Source: Clostridia bacterium (GTDB lineage Bacteria > Bacillota > Clostridia > Christensenellales > UBA1242). Taken from it: DNA of 64,000 nt. This document shows, piece by piece, positions 18,616 through 27,501 of this stretch (the first letter of the stretch is position 1; each line of letters starts with the position of its first letter). The notes under the pieces were generated by a model. That model had not been told where the DNA came from. It searched no databases and saw only the letters and a list, made by a program, of their open reading frames with translations. Both the position numbers and the translations under genes were made by a program. The stretch lies in the NCBI GenBank assembly GCA_045638465.1, contig JAZUBK010000003.1, positions 22,455 to 86,454 on the forward strand. Direction: 5' to 3'.

Positions 18616-18990
18616 ATGACACTACTATTAACTAAATTAGCAGCATTATTCCTAAACATTCCTGGGCTTGGTGGTTTGTTCTACAAAGAAGATCAATGGA
18701 AAGATAGCTCTTTCTCTTGGCTAAAACCAATCGCTAAATTCTTGGACGGCGCACTTATCCCGGTTGTTATCATCGTAGGTGCATTGGGTGCTATTTGGAT
18801 TATTATTCTTGGTGTTAACCTAGCTAGAGCAGAGTCTTCTGATAAAGCTTCTGAAGCTAAGAAAAGACTTATCAACGTTGTTATTGCTATCGTATCAGTA
18901 ATTCTATTGGTATTCCTACTAGCTCTATTCGTATCAAAAGCTCCAGAATGGTTCGGTTCAGGTGCAAAAGATAACATTTTCACTGAATAA
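18616..18990 (+). CDS. VirB2/TrbC-like pilin-like two-TM membrane protein
   Basis: 124 aa. Hydrophobic N-terminus, then a TM hairpin (ALIPVVIIVGALGAIWIIILGV, short charged loop NLARAESSDKASEAKKRL, INVVIAIVSVILLVFLLALFV). This is the topology of T4SS pilin-like subunits. The genomic context supports the call. Confidence 0.6.
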   Translation: MTLLLTKLAALFLNIPGLGGLFYKEDQWKDSSFSWLKPIAKFLDGALIPVVIIVGALGAIWIIILGVNLARAESSDKASEAKKRLINVVIAIVSVILLVFLLALFVSKAPEWFGSGAKDNIFTE

Positions 18991-19012
18991 TAAACGTACG
19001 ATAATAAAACAT

Positions 19013-19042
19013 AAAGACGCAGAGAAATCTGTGTCTTTTTTG
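19013..19042 (+). terminator. Rho-independent terminator
   Basis: Stem agacgcaga/tctgtgtct (one G-U) with a GAAA loop and a T-run. Confidence 0.7.
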
Positions 19043-19231
19043 TTTTTTATTGTTGCAGTTATGACGCTGGTGAGATATTAATTAATATAATAAATAAGAA
19101 TAATTTAGTTTTTTATCATTTAATTTAAAAATATTAAAAAAGTGTTTATTTTATACCCCAAAAATCTTGCCTTTTGACAAACAATGTTTTATAATAAAAC
19201 ATAACAAATTATGTCAAAAAAGGGAGGTTGT

Positions 19232-21592
19232 ATGAAAAAGAGAATAAAAAGTATTGCCTTGAGTACACTTTTTTTGTTGCCTATGCTACTTAGTGGGTGT
19301 GACAATCCATTTGGCTCTAGCAACAATATAGGTTCTTCTGACGGTTATACTGAGATAGAACCATCTAAACCTTCACCAGGTGGCGGTGGCGGATCTTATG
19401 AAGAAGACGAACCAGAAGATGACCCAGGCAGTGGCGAAACTTATACATTGTACAATCCTTATAATTATGAAGAAGGGAAAGACCCTACAGGCTTTGTAGA
19501 GATCTCTGACAGTATAGGTTATGTTAAATCTATATATAAAAAAGGTGCAACATCACTCTCTGCAATTGAAATTGCAAATAGAAAAGCTGCATACGAAGAT
19601 TATGCAACAACTATCCTTACAAGACTAGGAAGAGAGTATGGTATCACAAATACAGGTTCTCCACTAAACCCACTTACAAATGTAGGTGCAACTACTTTCA
19701 AAAATTTAGGTCTTATGCCTTCTGGCTATTCTGCAACAGATGCAGAAATCAACGCTGTTACTGATGCTTTTATCAAAGCAAAGTATATAAAGACTTTTAC
19801 TATCGCTGGAAGTATGCAATATGCACTTATTTCTGAACGTGCTTTTGGTGCATCTACACCAGTAAATATCACATTTGATGGAACTAACGTAAATATCAAC
19901 ACCCAAAGTATTACTTTGGAAAAGGTATTTGGTGGTGCTGTTTCTATCTTGGGAACATCTTATGCACTTAATGAAACAGATGCTTTTTATAAGGTAACTA
20001 AAGGCTCTGACATTATATACATTATATATAAGACTTCTTTTGTTCAAAATTTTGGAACAAACTTTGAGTCTTTGGTAGATACTCATAGAGATGCGATAAG
20101 ATATAATGTTCATTCTCTTACAAGTTCTTCTACCAGTGGCGAAACTGTATATAACCTAACTACTAAACCTTGGAAGATTTATGAAGATTCTGCGTTTTCT
20201 TACACAACAGATTATGTAACATCTTTTGCAAATCACTACAAAAATAGAGTAGCGCTAGAACTTGCATCTGTTATGGCTTTTGGTGTAAACAGCGACAAAA
20301 CACTTAACCTTCCTACTTCTAGTGCAGGTTCTGCATATACTAGCGGTAATGGAACTATCGATGAGTTTTATGCTGCAGCTAGGTCAAATACATCTCAATA
20401 CTCAAATTATATGAACTTTGTTCTAAAATATATCGACCACAATGGTTTTGTTGCATACGAGGCAGATGCTATTGCCGAATATTTAACAAATGTTATCGTT
20501 GGTGGCGGAACAAATAGTGTTCTTGCTATGGACGAAACAAGATATACCCAAAACGCCTTTATCAATTTAACAGGAATTGAGAAGACATTTAATAGTAACG
20601 AGATGATGACTATAGGCTCAACCAACACCGTAAGAAAGTTGATTTCTGACTATAGCAACTCAAGTGCAAGACCATTTGAGAAAAACTCAGTATTCAAAAC
20701 TATTAAATATGCCTCTACAGTAACAGATACTACACTTTCAAGTTCTGTTGGTAGATATACCGTAGATGGCGTACAAAAGTATGACGAGAGAGACCCTCTA
20801 TTCAAAAATTACTATAATACATTCTATAGTGCATGTAATGGCCTTGTTACAGGAAGTACCGATGATATATCACTTATGGCACTAGATTCTAACTATTCTT
20901 ACCTTCAAAACGTAACTATTGTAGAAGAAGGCGAGGAAGAAGAGGAAGATACTGGAGAAGAGGGTGAAGAGGAAGAAGAAAACTACATCTACGACACAGA
21001 GTATGCAGGTAAACTTCAATCTATCGTTATATTCCCAAAAGAAAAAATAGACATTAGATATATAGAAGTTGGCGTTGAGGCTATACTTTCTGAAGGTCAA
21101 GCTCTAGAAATTACTGCAGACCTTAGATATCACGTTGACGGAAAGATATATTATGTGCCAAATGCCTTTGAGGCAGACGGCGGCGGAGCAGGTGAGGTAG
21201 ACTCAGAAGAACATATTGTTAACTTTGAATACAAATCAGGTATCAATATCGGTGATGGTTTGATGTTCAAAGATGAAAATAACAATATTTCTAAAGAAAA
21301 ACTACTTTCATTTAGAGATTGCGTAGGCAAAAATGTTCCTGACCTTAGAACTCAAAAATGGAGCTTGATTCCTTGGGGTTGGCATCCAGATGGTCCAGGC
21401 AAATATGACGCAACATCTTCACACTTTAACTACAATCAATTTGCCTCTACAATGGGCGCAAACTATATTTATAATGTAAAAGATTATGATTTTATCGAAG
21501 TTTGTTTCAATGTTAAGACAAAATATGACAATTTTGATACAAATTATAGCATAAACGCAAAAGTAACCTCTATTTATGGTACAAAAGCGTAA
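19232..21592 (+). CDS. Large lipoprotein (786 aa) of unknown function within the T4SS-like locus
   Basis: ATG at 19232 with a GGGAGG RBS. Signal peptide ending in the lipobox LLSGC. Flexible linker with GGGGG and acidic runs. Internal poly-E block EEGEEEEEDTGEEGEEEEE. I recognise no domain. Confidence 0.8.
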   Translation: MKKRIKSIALSTLFLLPMLLSGCDNPFGSSNNIGSSDGYTEIEPSKPSPGGGGGSYEEDEPEDDPGSGETYTLYNPYNYEEGKDPTGFVEISDSIGYVKSIYKKGATSLSAIEIANRKAAYEDYATTILTRLGREYGITNTGSPLNPLTNVGATTFKNLGLMPSGYSATDAEINAVTDAFIKAKYIKTFTIAGSMQYALISERAFGASTPVNITFDGTNVNINTQSITLEKVFGGAVSILGTSYALNETDAFYKVTKGSDIIYIIYKTSFVQNFGTNFESLVDTHRDAIRYNVHSLTSSSTSGETVYNLTTKPWKIYEDSAFSYTTDYVTSFANHYKNRVALELASVMAFGVNSDKTLNLPTSSAGSAYTSGNGTIDEFYAAARSNTSQYSNYMNFVLKYIDHNGFVAYEADAIAEYLTNVIVGGGTNSVLAMDETRYTQNAFINLTGIEKTFNSNEMMTIGSTNTVRKLISDYSNSSARPFEKNSVFKTIKYASTVTDTTLSSSVGRYTVDGVQKYDERDPLFKNYYNTFYSACNGLVTGSTDDISLMALDSNYSYLQNVTIVEEGEEEEEDTGEEGEEEEENYIYDTEYAGKLQSIVIFPKEKIDIRYIEVGVEAILSEGQALEITADLRYHVDGKIYYVPNAFEADGGGAGEVDSEEHIVNFEYKSGINIGDGLMFKDENNNISKEKLLSFRDCVGKNVPDLRTQKWSLIPWGWHPDGPGKYDATSSHFNYNQFASTMGANYIYNVKDYDFIEVCFNVKTKYDNFDTNYSINAKVTSIYGTKA

Positions 21593-21629
21593 AATTTTTC
21601 AAAAAAAACAAAATTTTTTGATTAAATCA

Positions 21630-21658
21630 TTAACAAACAAAAAAAAATATGTTATAAC
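21630..21658 (+). promoter_or_regulatory. Extended -10 promoter for the VirB6-like gene, with an A9 tract in the spacer
   Basis: TTAACA, a 17-nt spacer containing A9 (21639-21647), then TGtTATAAC. Confidence 0.4.
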
Positions 21659-21715
21659 TAATATAACAAAAAATTAGGGCTAGATTATAAAAATATTAAA
21701 AAAAGGAGAAAAACA

Positions 21716-24577
21716 ATGCTTAACTTAGCGATGAATGCCGGTATTTTGTCAAGTATTTTTAATGGAATCAAGGCTGTAGTAGACTTTTTTGCTAACTTCG
21801 TTGACATTTTGAAAGGTTTGTTCCAAGCATTGGTAATATATGCGTTTGCACCTATATATTATCTGTTCATGGGCATATGTTCAATTGTAAACTTTGCAGA
21901 AATGATGTTCAAAAAGTTTGCTGGTATTGACCCAATCATGACAAATGATGGCGAAATGAATATCCTAGATGTATTCATTAAAAGTAATGAAATTTGGGGA
22001 CTATTCGTTTCAATTTTAATTCTATCTATTGTTCTATTGTTCTTATTCACAATTGTTGCTGTTATCAAGTCTGAATTTGCACTAGACGCAAAAGGTAGCG
22101 CAAAAGGACCTATTATCGCAAGGTCTTTAAAATCACTTGCTATGTTCATTATCGTTCCTACAGTAAGTTTGTTAGGTGTATACGCTGTAAATGCTATCAC
22201 TGATACTATAAACTCTATGATGAAGGGTAGTGATGACACAGGTATGGTACAACAAGTATTCTATACCATGTCGTATAACGCAAATAAAGCGAGAATTAAC
22301 AAAGAATTTGCCGAATATATCAAAGGGTGCGGCAACACGAGAAACAATAATGGTGGTGCGTTTAAAGGATCCCAAGAGGACGTAGCGTACGCCATAGACC
22401 AAGCCTTTAAGACCAACCAAAAACATAAATCAGGACTAAAATATGATGCTATGGATTTCCCTATGGAAATGATTGAAGCACAAGACTTCTCATCACTATT
22501 TATGCCTGTTTCTATGTCAAACTACTGGGATACATATAGTATTTGGGATATCGTACAGGTAAACTTCTACTTTAGTATTCTAGATATGGACTATATCATA
22601 GGTTTTGGTTCAGCGATTGTTATAACTTATATGTTATTGTCAATGAGCTGTGTACTTATCAAGAGAGTCTTTGAGATAGTAATTCTATTCTTACTAGCTG
22701 CTCCAATGATTGCACTTTCTCCACTTGATGGCGGTAGCGCAAGTAAATCATGGCAAAAAGAGTTTATTAAGAGAGTAATTGCTATTGTAGCTCCAGTATT
22801 CTCAATTAATATGTACTTTATTATGATTCCACTATTTATGAAGATATCAATTTTCAATGGTGGTTTAGGTAATTTGGCATCTGCGGGTGCTATTAGTATG
22901 TCTGCTATGGGTATTCCAGCTGCTGCTGCAGTTGCTGGTGCATATGCTGCATACGACGCATTGTTCCAAATCATCGCAATATGCGTAGGTATGAGCGTTG
23001 TAAAAACTGCTTCTGCGCTATTGTGTAACTTGCTTGGTATTCAAGACCTTGTTAAAGAAGGTGACAAGCAAACAAAAGACGGTATAAAGAAAGCTGCTAG
23101 TACTGCTATTACAGTTGCTGGTGCTGTAGCTACTGGTGGTGCTGCTGCTGGTGCTATGGGCGCTATGAAGGCTGCTGGTGGTGCTGCAAAAGCTGCTGGT
23201 GGTGCTCTTGCAAAATCAGAAAAAGGTGTATCAGCTGCAAAACAACAACTTGCAGATGCACAAGCTTCTGGTGACAAAACAAAAATTGCTGAAGCTCAAG
23301 GTAATCTTGACAAAGCTACTGCAGATAGAGATTCTAAAGCAGCAGATTACAAAGATAAACAAGCTAAGCTAGATGATGCAAAACAACTTGCAAAAGAGAA
23401 GAAAGAAGCCTTCTACGAAAAAGTTGGTGGCTCTACTTACAAAGGTATCAAAGATGTTCAAGATACTTGGGATAATAGAGGTCAATCTAAGGCTCAAAAA
23501 GCTGCTAAAGATAAGATGAAAGATCTTCAAGCTACAGAAGCTGCACAAGAACAAATGGATAAAAAATACGGTGCTGTTGATAAAACAACTGGTAAACGTT
23601 CTGGTGATGGTACTGAAGCTCATAAACATGATGGTGCAGTATTAGCACGTAGAGCAGAAGGTCAAGTAGCTCACCACTACGATAGCATCGCAGATTCAAA
23701 TAGAGCTAGTCTTGGCGCATCTCAAGATAAAGTTAAAGGTCTTGCAAGTGAAATGCAAACAGTTTCACTTCTTGCTCAAGGTACAAGACAAACTCTTCAA
23801 GATATTAATTCTGAAGATAGAGGCTCAATGACTAGAGGTCAAAAAGGCGCTCATACTAAGAGAAGAAAAGCAACAGAGGCTCTATACGAAGAACAAGTTG
23901 GAACTCTACAAAGAGATGCAGCAGAAATTTCTGCTGAACAAGAAGCACAAGCTGGTTACGAATCTAATATCAGAGCTGCTGAAAAGAAGAAGAAACAAGC
24001 TCTTAAAGCAATCGAAAAAGGTGGAGTTGGCTTTGCTGAAGACGAACATGGCAACATCGCTGCTCAAGCTAAACATAGAGGCGCTGGCGAAATTGCAGGA
24101 CGTGCAACAGGCGCTGGTATGGCAACTGCAGCTGCTGGCTTAGGTCTTGGCGGTGGTGCTGTAGCCGTTGGACAAATTATCGCTGATAATATCCACAACA
24201 AACAAATGCAAACAGGTGCAAATGCTATTAACGAAGCAAAAACTGCACATGATGAAACAGACTTCAAGATTGATGAGCACAATGCTGCTAAAGCTGCTCT
24301 ACAAGATCAACAAAGTAAACTTGATCTTAACTTGGACGGCTTGTCAGATGAAGTTGAACAAGGTATGAAAGAAGCTGCTGGTGATTTGGCTAGCAAGATC
24401 AAAGAGGCAATGCAACAAGGTAAACTTAACGTTGATGGTATTATGCAATTGCGTAATGCTATGGAAGGCTTGAATAAAGCGATCCTTAACCATCAAAAGA
24501 ATGACCAAAGCAGTGCTGAATTGAAAGACGCTTTGGAAAAACTTACAAAAGCATTTGAAGAGGCTAAGAAAAAATAA
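21716..24577 (+). CDS. VirB6/TcpH-like polytopic membrane protein fused to a roughly 500-aa Ala/Lys/Gln/Gly-rich low-complexity tail
   Basis: About 7-8 predicted TM helices in the first 440 aa or so. From about nt 23048 on there are no TM segments. That part is Ala/Gly runs (AAGGAAKAAGGALAK) and charged heptad-like sequence. Its position between the pilin-like and VirB4-like genes supports the call. Confidence 0.65.
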   Translation: MLNLAMNAGILSSIFNGIKAVVDFFANFVDILKGLFQALVIYAFAPIYYLFMGICSIVNFAEMMFKKFAGIDPIMTNDGEMNILDVFIKSNEIWGLFVSILILSIVLLFLFTIVAVIKSEFALDAKGSAKGPIIARSLKSLAMFIIVPTVSLLGVYAVNAITDTINSMMKGSDDTGMVQQVFYTMSYNANKARINKEFAEYIKGCGNTRNNNGGAFKGSQEDVAYAIDQAFKTNQKHKSGLKYDAMDFPMEMIEAQDFSSLFMPVSMSNYWDTYSIWDIVQVNFYFSILDMDYIIGFGSAIVITYMLLSMSCVLIKRVFEIVILFLLAAPMIALSPLDGGSASKSWQKEFIKRVIAIVAPVFSINMYFIMIPLFMKISIFNGGLGNLASAGAISMSAMGIPAAAAVAGAYAAYDALFQIIAICVGMSVVKTASALLCNLLGIQDLVKEGDKQTKDGIKKAASTAITVAGAVATGGAAAGAMGAMKAAGGAAKAAGGALAKSEKGVSAAKQQLADAQASGDKTKIAEAQGNLDKATADRDSKAADYKDKQAKLDDAKQLAKEKKEAFYEKVGGSTYKGIKDVQDTWDNRGQSKAQKAAKDKMKDLQATEAAQEQMDKKYGAVDKTTGKRSGDGTEAHKHDGAVLARRAEGQVAHHYDSIADSNRASLGASQDKVKGLASEMQTVSLLAQGTRQTLQDINSEDRGSMTRGQKGAHTKRRKATEALYEEQVGTLQRDAAEISAEQEAQAGYESNIRAAEKKKKQALKAIEKGGVGFAEDEHGNIAAQAKHRGAGEIAGRATGAGMATAAAGLGLGGGAVAVGQIIADNIHNKQMQTGANAINEAKTAHDETDFKIDEHNAAKAALQDQQSKLDLNLDGLSDEVEQGMKEAAGDLASKIKEAMQQGKLNVDGIMQLRNAMEGLNKAILNHQKNDQSSAELKDALEKLTKAFEEAKKK

Positions 24578-24590
24578 TCTAACCTAATAT

Positions 24591-24625
24591 AAAAAGAGTA
24601 AACTGAAAAGTTTGCTCTTTTTTTA
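24591..24625 (+). terminator. Rho-independent terminator
   Basis: Stem agagtaaac/gtttgctct (one G-U) with a 6-nt loop and a T7 run. Confidence 0.7.
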
Positions 24626-24690
24626 TGCAAAAAGGCAGTAATTTCGTTTGATGTTTTTTTGTAACTATATTATAATATTTGTATAATTAC

Positions 24691-24699
24691 TGATATAAT
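24691..24699 (+). promoter_or_regulatory. Extended -10 element (TGaTATAAT) upstream of the VirB4-like gene
   Basis: TGATATAAT lies 33 nt upstream of the ATG at 24732. No convincing -35. Other TATAAT-like hexamers are nearby. Confidence 0.35.
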
Positions 24700-24731
24700 G
24701 CTTATTTATAACTTATAGGAGGTTATTTTTC

Positions 24732-27374
24732 ATGGCAGATGCTAGATATATACCTAAGAAAACCAAGGTAAAAATGGAGTTTGCTAAGGGTATTACACTT
24801 TCTGATATCCTTATGTTCTTCCTTGTTGGTGGTGGTTTTGCAGGACTTATGTTCTCAAACTTTTCTTACCACATTTATATTGGTATCGCATGGCTTGCTA
24901 TTGGTGTTGCGATGTTCTTTAAAATTGAAGACGGCGTAAGACTTTACAGTTCTATTGTTTTGATTTTTAGATTTATGGCTTTCAAAAGAAAGTTTAAGAA
25001 AAACACAGACCCACTTAGCAAAAAGCCTTCTACTATCGACCAAATTATGTCTTTTCAAAAGTTAGAAGACGAAAAGTTTATTAGTTTTGGTTCTTATTAT
25101 GCTCAAGTTGTAGAGGTAAAACCAGTAGGTTTTAGTTTGCTTAACGAGTACAAACAAGACCAACTTATTAGGACCTTTTCTAACGCCCTATCAAGACTTA
25201 CAAACACACAAACTGCGTCAATCGTAAAAGTAAACAAAGCGATGATTTTTGACGATTACGTACAATGTGAAGACAAAAAATACGACGACGTTATGGAACT
25301 TCAATACGAAGGTGAAATGACAGAAGAAGAGGTTGAGGTTAGAGCCCCAGTATTTGAAGCACGTGTTAGCGTTATCGAAGACTTTAACCGTGGTGATCAA
25401 AAAGTATTTAAAGACTACTTTTATATTGTAGTTTATGATAAAGATAGAGAAGCTCTAGAAAACACTTGCTCTGGTATGGTTAGTGCCATGGCAACAGGTG
25501 TTATGCCTATGCAAGGTAAGGTTTTGAGAGAAAAAGAATTAATTATTTTCCTAAGATCTACTTATGGTAAAAACTTTGACGAAAGAGACCTAGAAACTCT
25601 TTCTTTCAACAAATTCCTTGATTGGGCAAAACCTGATAGCGTAGTATTTAAAGTTAACAAAACTGTAATCAATGGCGAAGTTTTCCGTTCATTTGTTATC
25701 AGTGATTATCCACTTCAAGTTTATAATGCTTGGGGATATCCTTTCTTTAGTTTGCAAGGTACTAACGTAGTTGTAAACATTACTCCAGTTACAAAACTAG
25801 AGTCAGAAAAGAGAATAGACAAGGCTATCGTTGAGATGGAAGGAAAAATGGGTTATACCGCAAAGAGTAGTAAGATTTTGGAAAACCAAACTCACATTAA
25901 AACTTTGAAAGACCTATTGCAACAAATCAAAAACGGTGGTGAAACACTATACGACGTTAACGTGCATATTCTTTGCGAAGATGCATCTAAAAAAGAAACA
26001 AGAGCTATTTTGAAACAATATGGCTTTAAATATTCAGAAATGTTTGGAAGACAAGTTGACGCATTTATTTCAAGAAGTATATCTCAACTTGATACATTGC
26101 CAGAATTTTATAGAAATATCCCATCTGGTACACTTTCTACAATGTTCCCATTTATCTCTGGTGCATTGATGGATGAAAAAGGTTTCTACCTTGGATATAA
26201 TGAGTACCCTGTGTTTGTAAACTTCTACACTAGAAATAGTGAGAGAGTTAACAGCAATATGTTTATCATCGGTAAATCTGGTTCTGGTAAATCATTTGCT
26301 ACAAAAACTCTTCTTACAAACCTAGCTGCTGATAGCGCAAAAATCTTTATACTTGACCCTGAGGACGAGTATTCTAAGATGGCATACAACTTAAAAGGCA
26401 AAGTTATGGACGTAGGTTCTTCACTTTGCGGACGTCTAAATCCTTTCCACATTATTACATCTTTGGAAGCAGACGAAGGTTCTGGCGCTGCAACTGATGA
26501 CTATTCTGCTCACCTTCAATTCTTGGAGCAATTCTTTAAAACAATTCTTGAAGGTATGAACTCAGATGCGTTTGAAAGGTTGAACTCTCTTGTTATCAAA
26601 ACATATAAGAAAAAAGGCATAGACTCTACAACAAAAGTTGCTAAACTTCCACCAGAAGCGTTCCCAATTTTTGACGACCTATACGAAGTTATACAAGAAG
26701 AACTTGCAGTTGAAACTAACGAATACGCTATCAAAAACTTGCAAATCATTGATACTTATATTTCAAAATTTGCAACAGGCGGACGTAACAGTAACCTATG
26801 GAATGGTCCAATGAGTCTTCAAGCAAAAGAAAACTTCATCACTTTCTCATTCCGTTCACTACTTGCAAACGATAACGAAGGTATCACTAGTGCACAGATG
26901 CTTTTGGTATTTAAATTCCTAAACAACGAAGTTATCAAAAACAAAGACTTTAACGATAAGTATGCTACAAATCGTAAAATCTTGGTTGTCGTTGACGAGG
27001 CCCACGTATTTATCAACCCTAAATACCCAACAGCTCTTAACTTTATGTTGCAGATGGCAAAACGTATTCGTAAATACGGTGGTATGCTTATAGTTATCAC
27101 ACAAAATATCAAAGACTTTATCGGTTCTCCAGAAATTGAAAGACAATCTGCTGCGATTATCAACGCATGTCAATATTCACTTATCATGTCACTTGCGCCT
27201 AACGATATGACCGACCTTGTTGCTCTATATCGTAACGCTGGTGGTATCAACGAGACCGAGCAAGACAGTATCGTAACTGCTGGTGTTGGTCAAGGTTTCT
27301 TTATTACAAGTGCCGTATCAAGAACTACACTAAAAGTAGAACCAAACGAGACTGTTAAACAACTATTCTCATAA
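24732..27374 (+). CDS. VirB4-family conjugation/T4SS ATPase with an N-terminal TM hairpin
   Basis: Walker A FIIGKSGSGKSF, ILDPEDEY, Walker B ILVVVDEAHVF and IVITQNIKDF. Two TM helices at residues 20-65 or so, which may be a VirB3-like fusion. AGGAGG RBS. Confidence 0.9.
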   Translation: MADARYIPKKTKVKMEFAKGITLSDILMFFLVGGGFAGLMFSNFSYHIYIGIAWLAIGVAMFFKIEDGVRLYSSIVLIFRFMAFKRKFKKNTDPLSKKPSTIDQIMSFQKLEDEKFISFGSYYAQVVEVKPVGFSLLNEYKQDQLIRTFSNALSRLTNTQTASIVKVNKAMIFDDYVQCEDKKYDDVMELQYEGEMTEEEVEVRAPVFEARVSVIEDFNRGDQKVFKDYFYIVVYDKDREALENTCSGMVSAMATGVMPMQGKVLREKELIIFLRSTYGKNFDERDLETLSFNKFLDWAKPDSVVFKVNKTVINGEVFRSFVISDYPLQVYNAWGYPFFSLQGTNVVVNITPVTKLESEKRIDKAIVEMEGKMGYTAKSSKILENQTHIKTLKDLLQQIKNGGETLYDVNVHILCEDASKKETRAILKQYGFKYSEMFGRQVDAFISRSISQLDTLPEFYRNIPSGTLSTMFPFISGALMDEKGFYLGYNEYPVFVNFYTRNSERVNSNMFIIGKSGSGKSFATKTLLTNLAADSAKIFILDPEDEYSKMAYNLKGKVMDVGSSLCGRLNPFHIITSLEADEGSGAATDDYSAHLQFLEQFFKTILEGMNSDAFERLNSLVIKTYKKKGIDSTTKVAKLPPEAFPIFDDLYEVIQEELAVETNEYAIKNLQIIDTYISKFATGGRNSNLWNGPMSLQAKENFITFSFRSLLANDNEGITSAQMLLVFKFLNNEVIKNKDFNDKYATNRKILVVVDEAHVFINPKYPTALNFMLQMAKRIRKYGGMLIVITQNIKDFIGSPEIERQSAAIINACQYSLIMSLAPNDMTDLVALYRNAGGINETEQDSIVTAGVGQGFFITSAVSRTTLKVEPNETVKQLFS

Positions 27375-27410
27375 TAGGCCAAAAAAGCCTAAATATAGGC
27401 AAAAAATCAT

Positions 27411-27451
27411 ATGCAATAGCAAAAATTTCCCTTTTGCTATTGCATTTTTTA
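27411..27451 (+). terminator. Strong rho-independent terminator after the VirB4-like gene
   Basis: Perfect 14-bp stem atgcaatagcaaaa/ttttgctattgcat with a 7-nt loop and a T-run. Confidence 0.8.
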
Positions 27452-27468
27452 TAAATAATTGTTATAAT
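27440..27468 (+). promoter_or_regulatory. Extended -10 promoter for the 1103-aa gene, overlapping the preceding terminator
   Basis: TTGCAT (inside the terminator 3' arm), a 17-nt spacer, then TGtTATAAT. The ATG at 27502 has an AGGAGGG RBS. Confidence 0.45.
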
Positions 27469-27501
27469 GTATCTAACCAAATATAGGAGGGTTTTTATTA
27501 A

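Noticed and set aside
23171-23215. Near-tandem 21/24-nt duplication (gctgctggtggtgct...) considered as a slipped-strand phase-variation switch
   Set aside because: The unit lengths are multiples of three, so slippage would only change the tail length, not the reading frame. It is recorded only as part of the low-complexity tail.
22627-23277. Long antisense ORFs in the six-frame track. Examples are 22627-22974 and 23041-23277 opposite the VirB6-like gene. The same applies to 78-542, 9927-10160, 16540-16780, 26819-27173 and 36017-36377 among others.
   Set aside because: Each lies entirely inside a much longer, motif-supported CDS on the other strand and has no RBS. The Ala/Gly-rich sense sequence (GCN/GGN codons) naturally leaves the complementary frames open.
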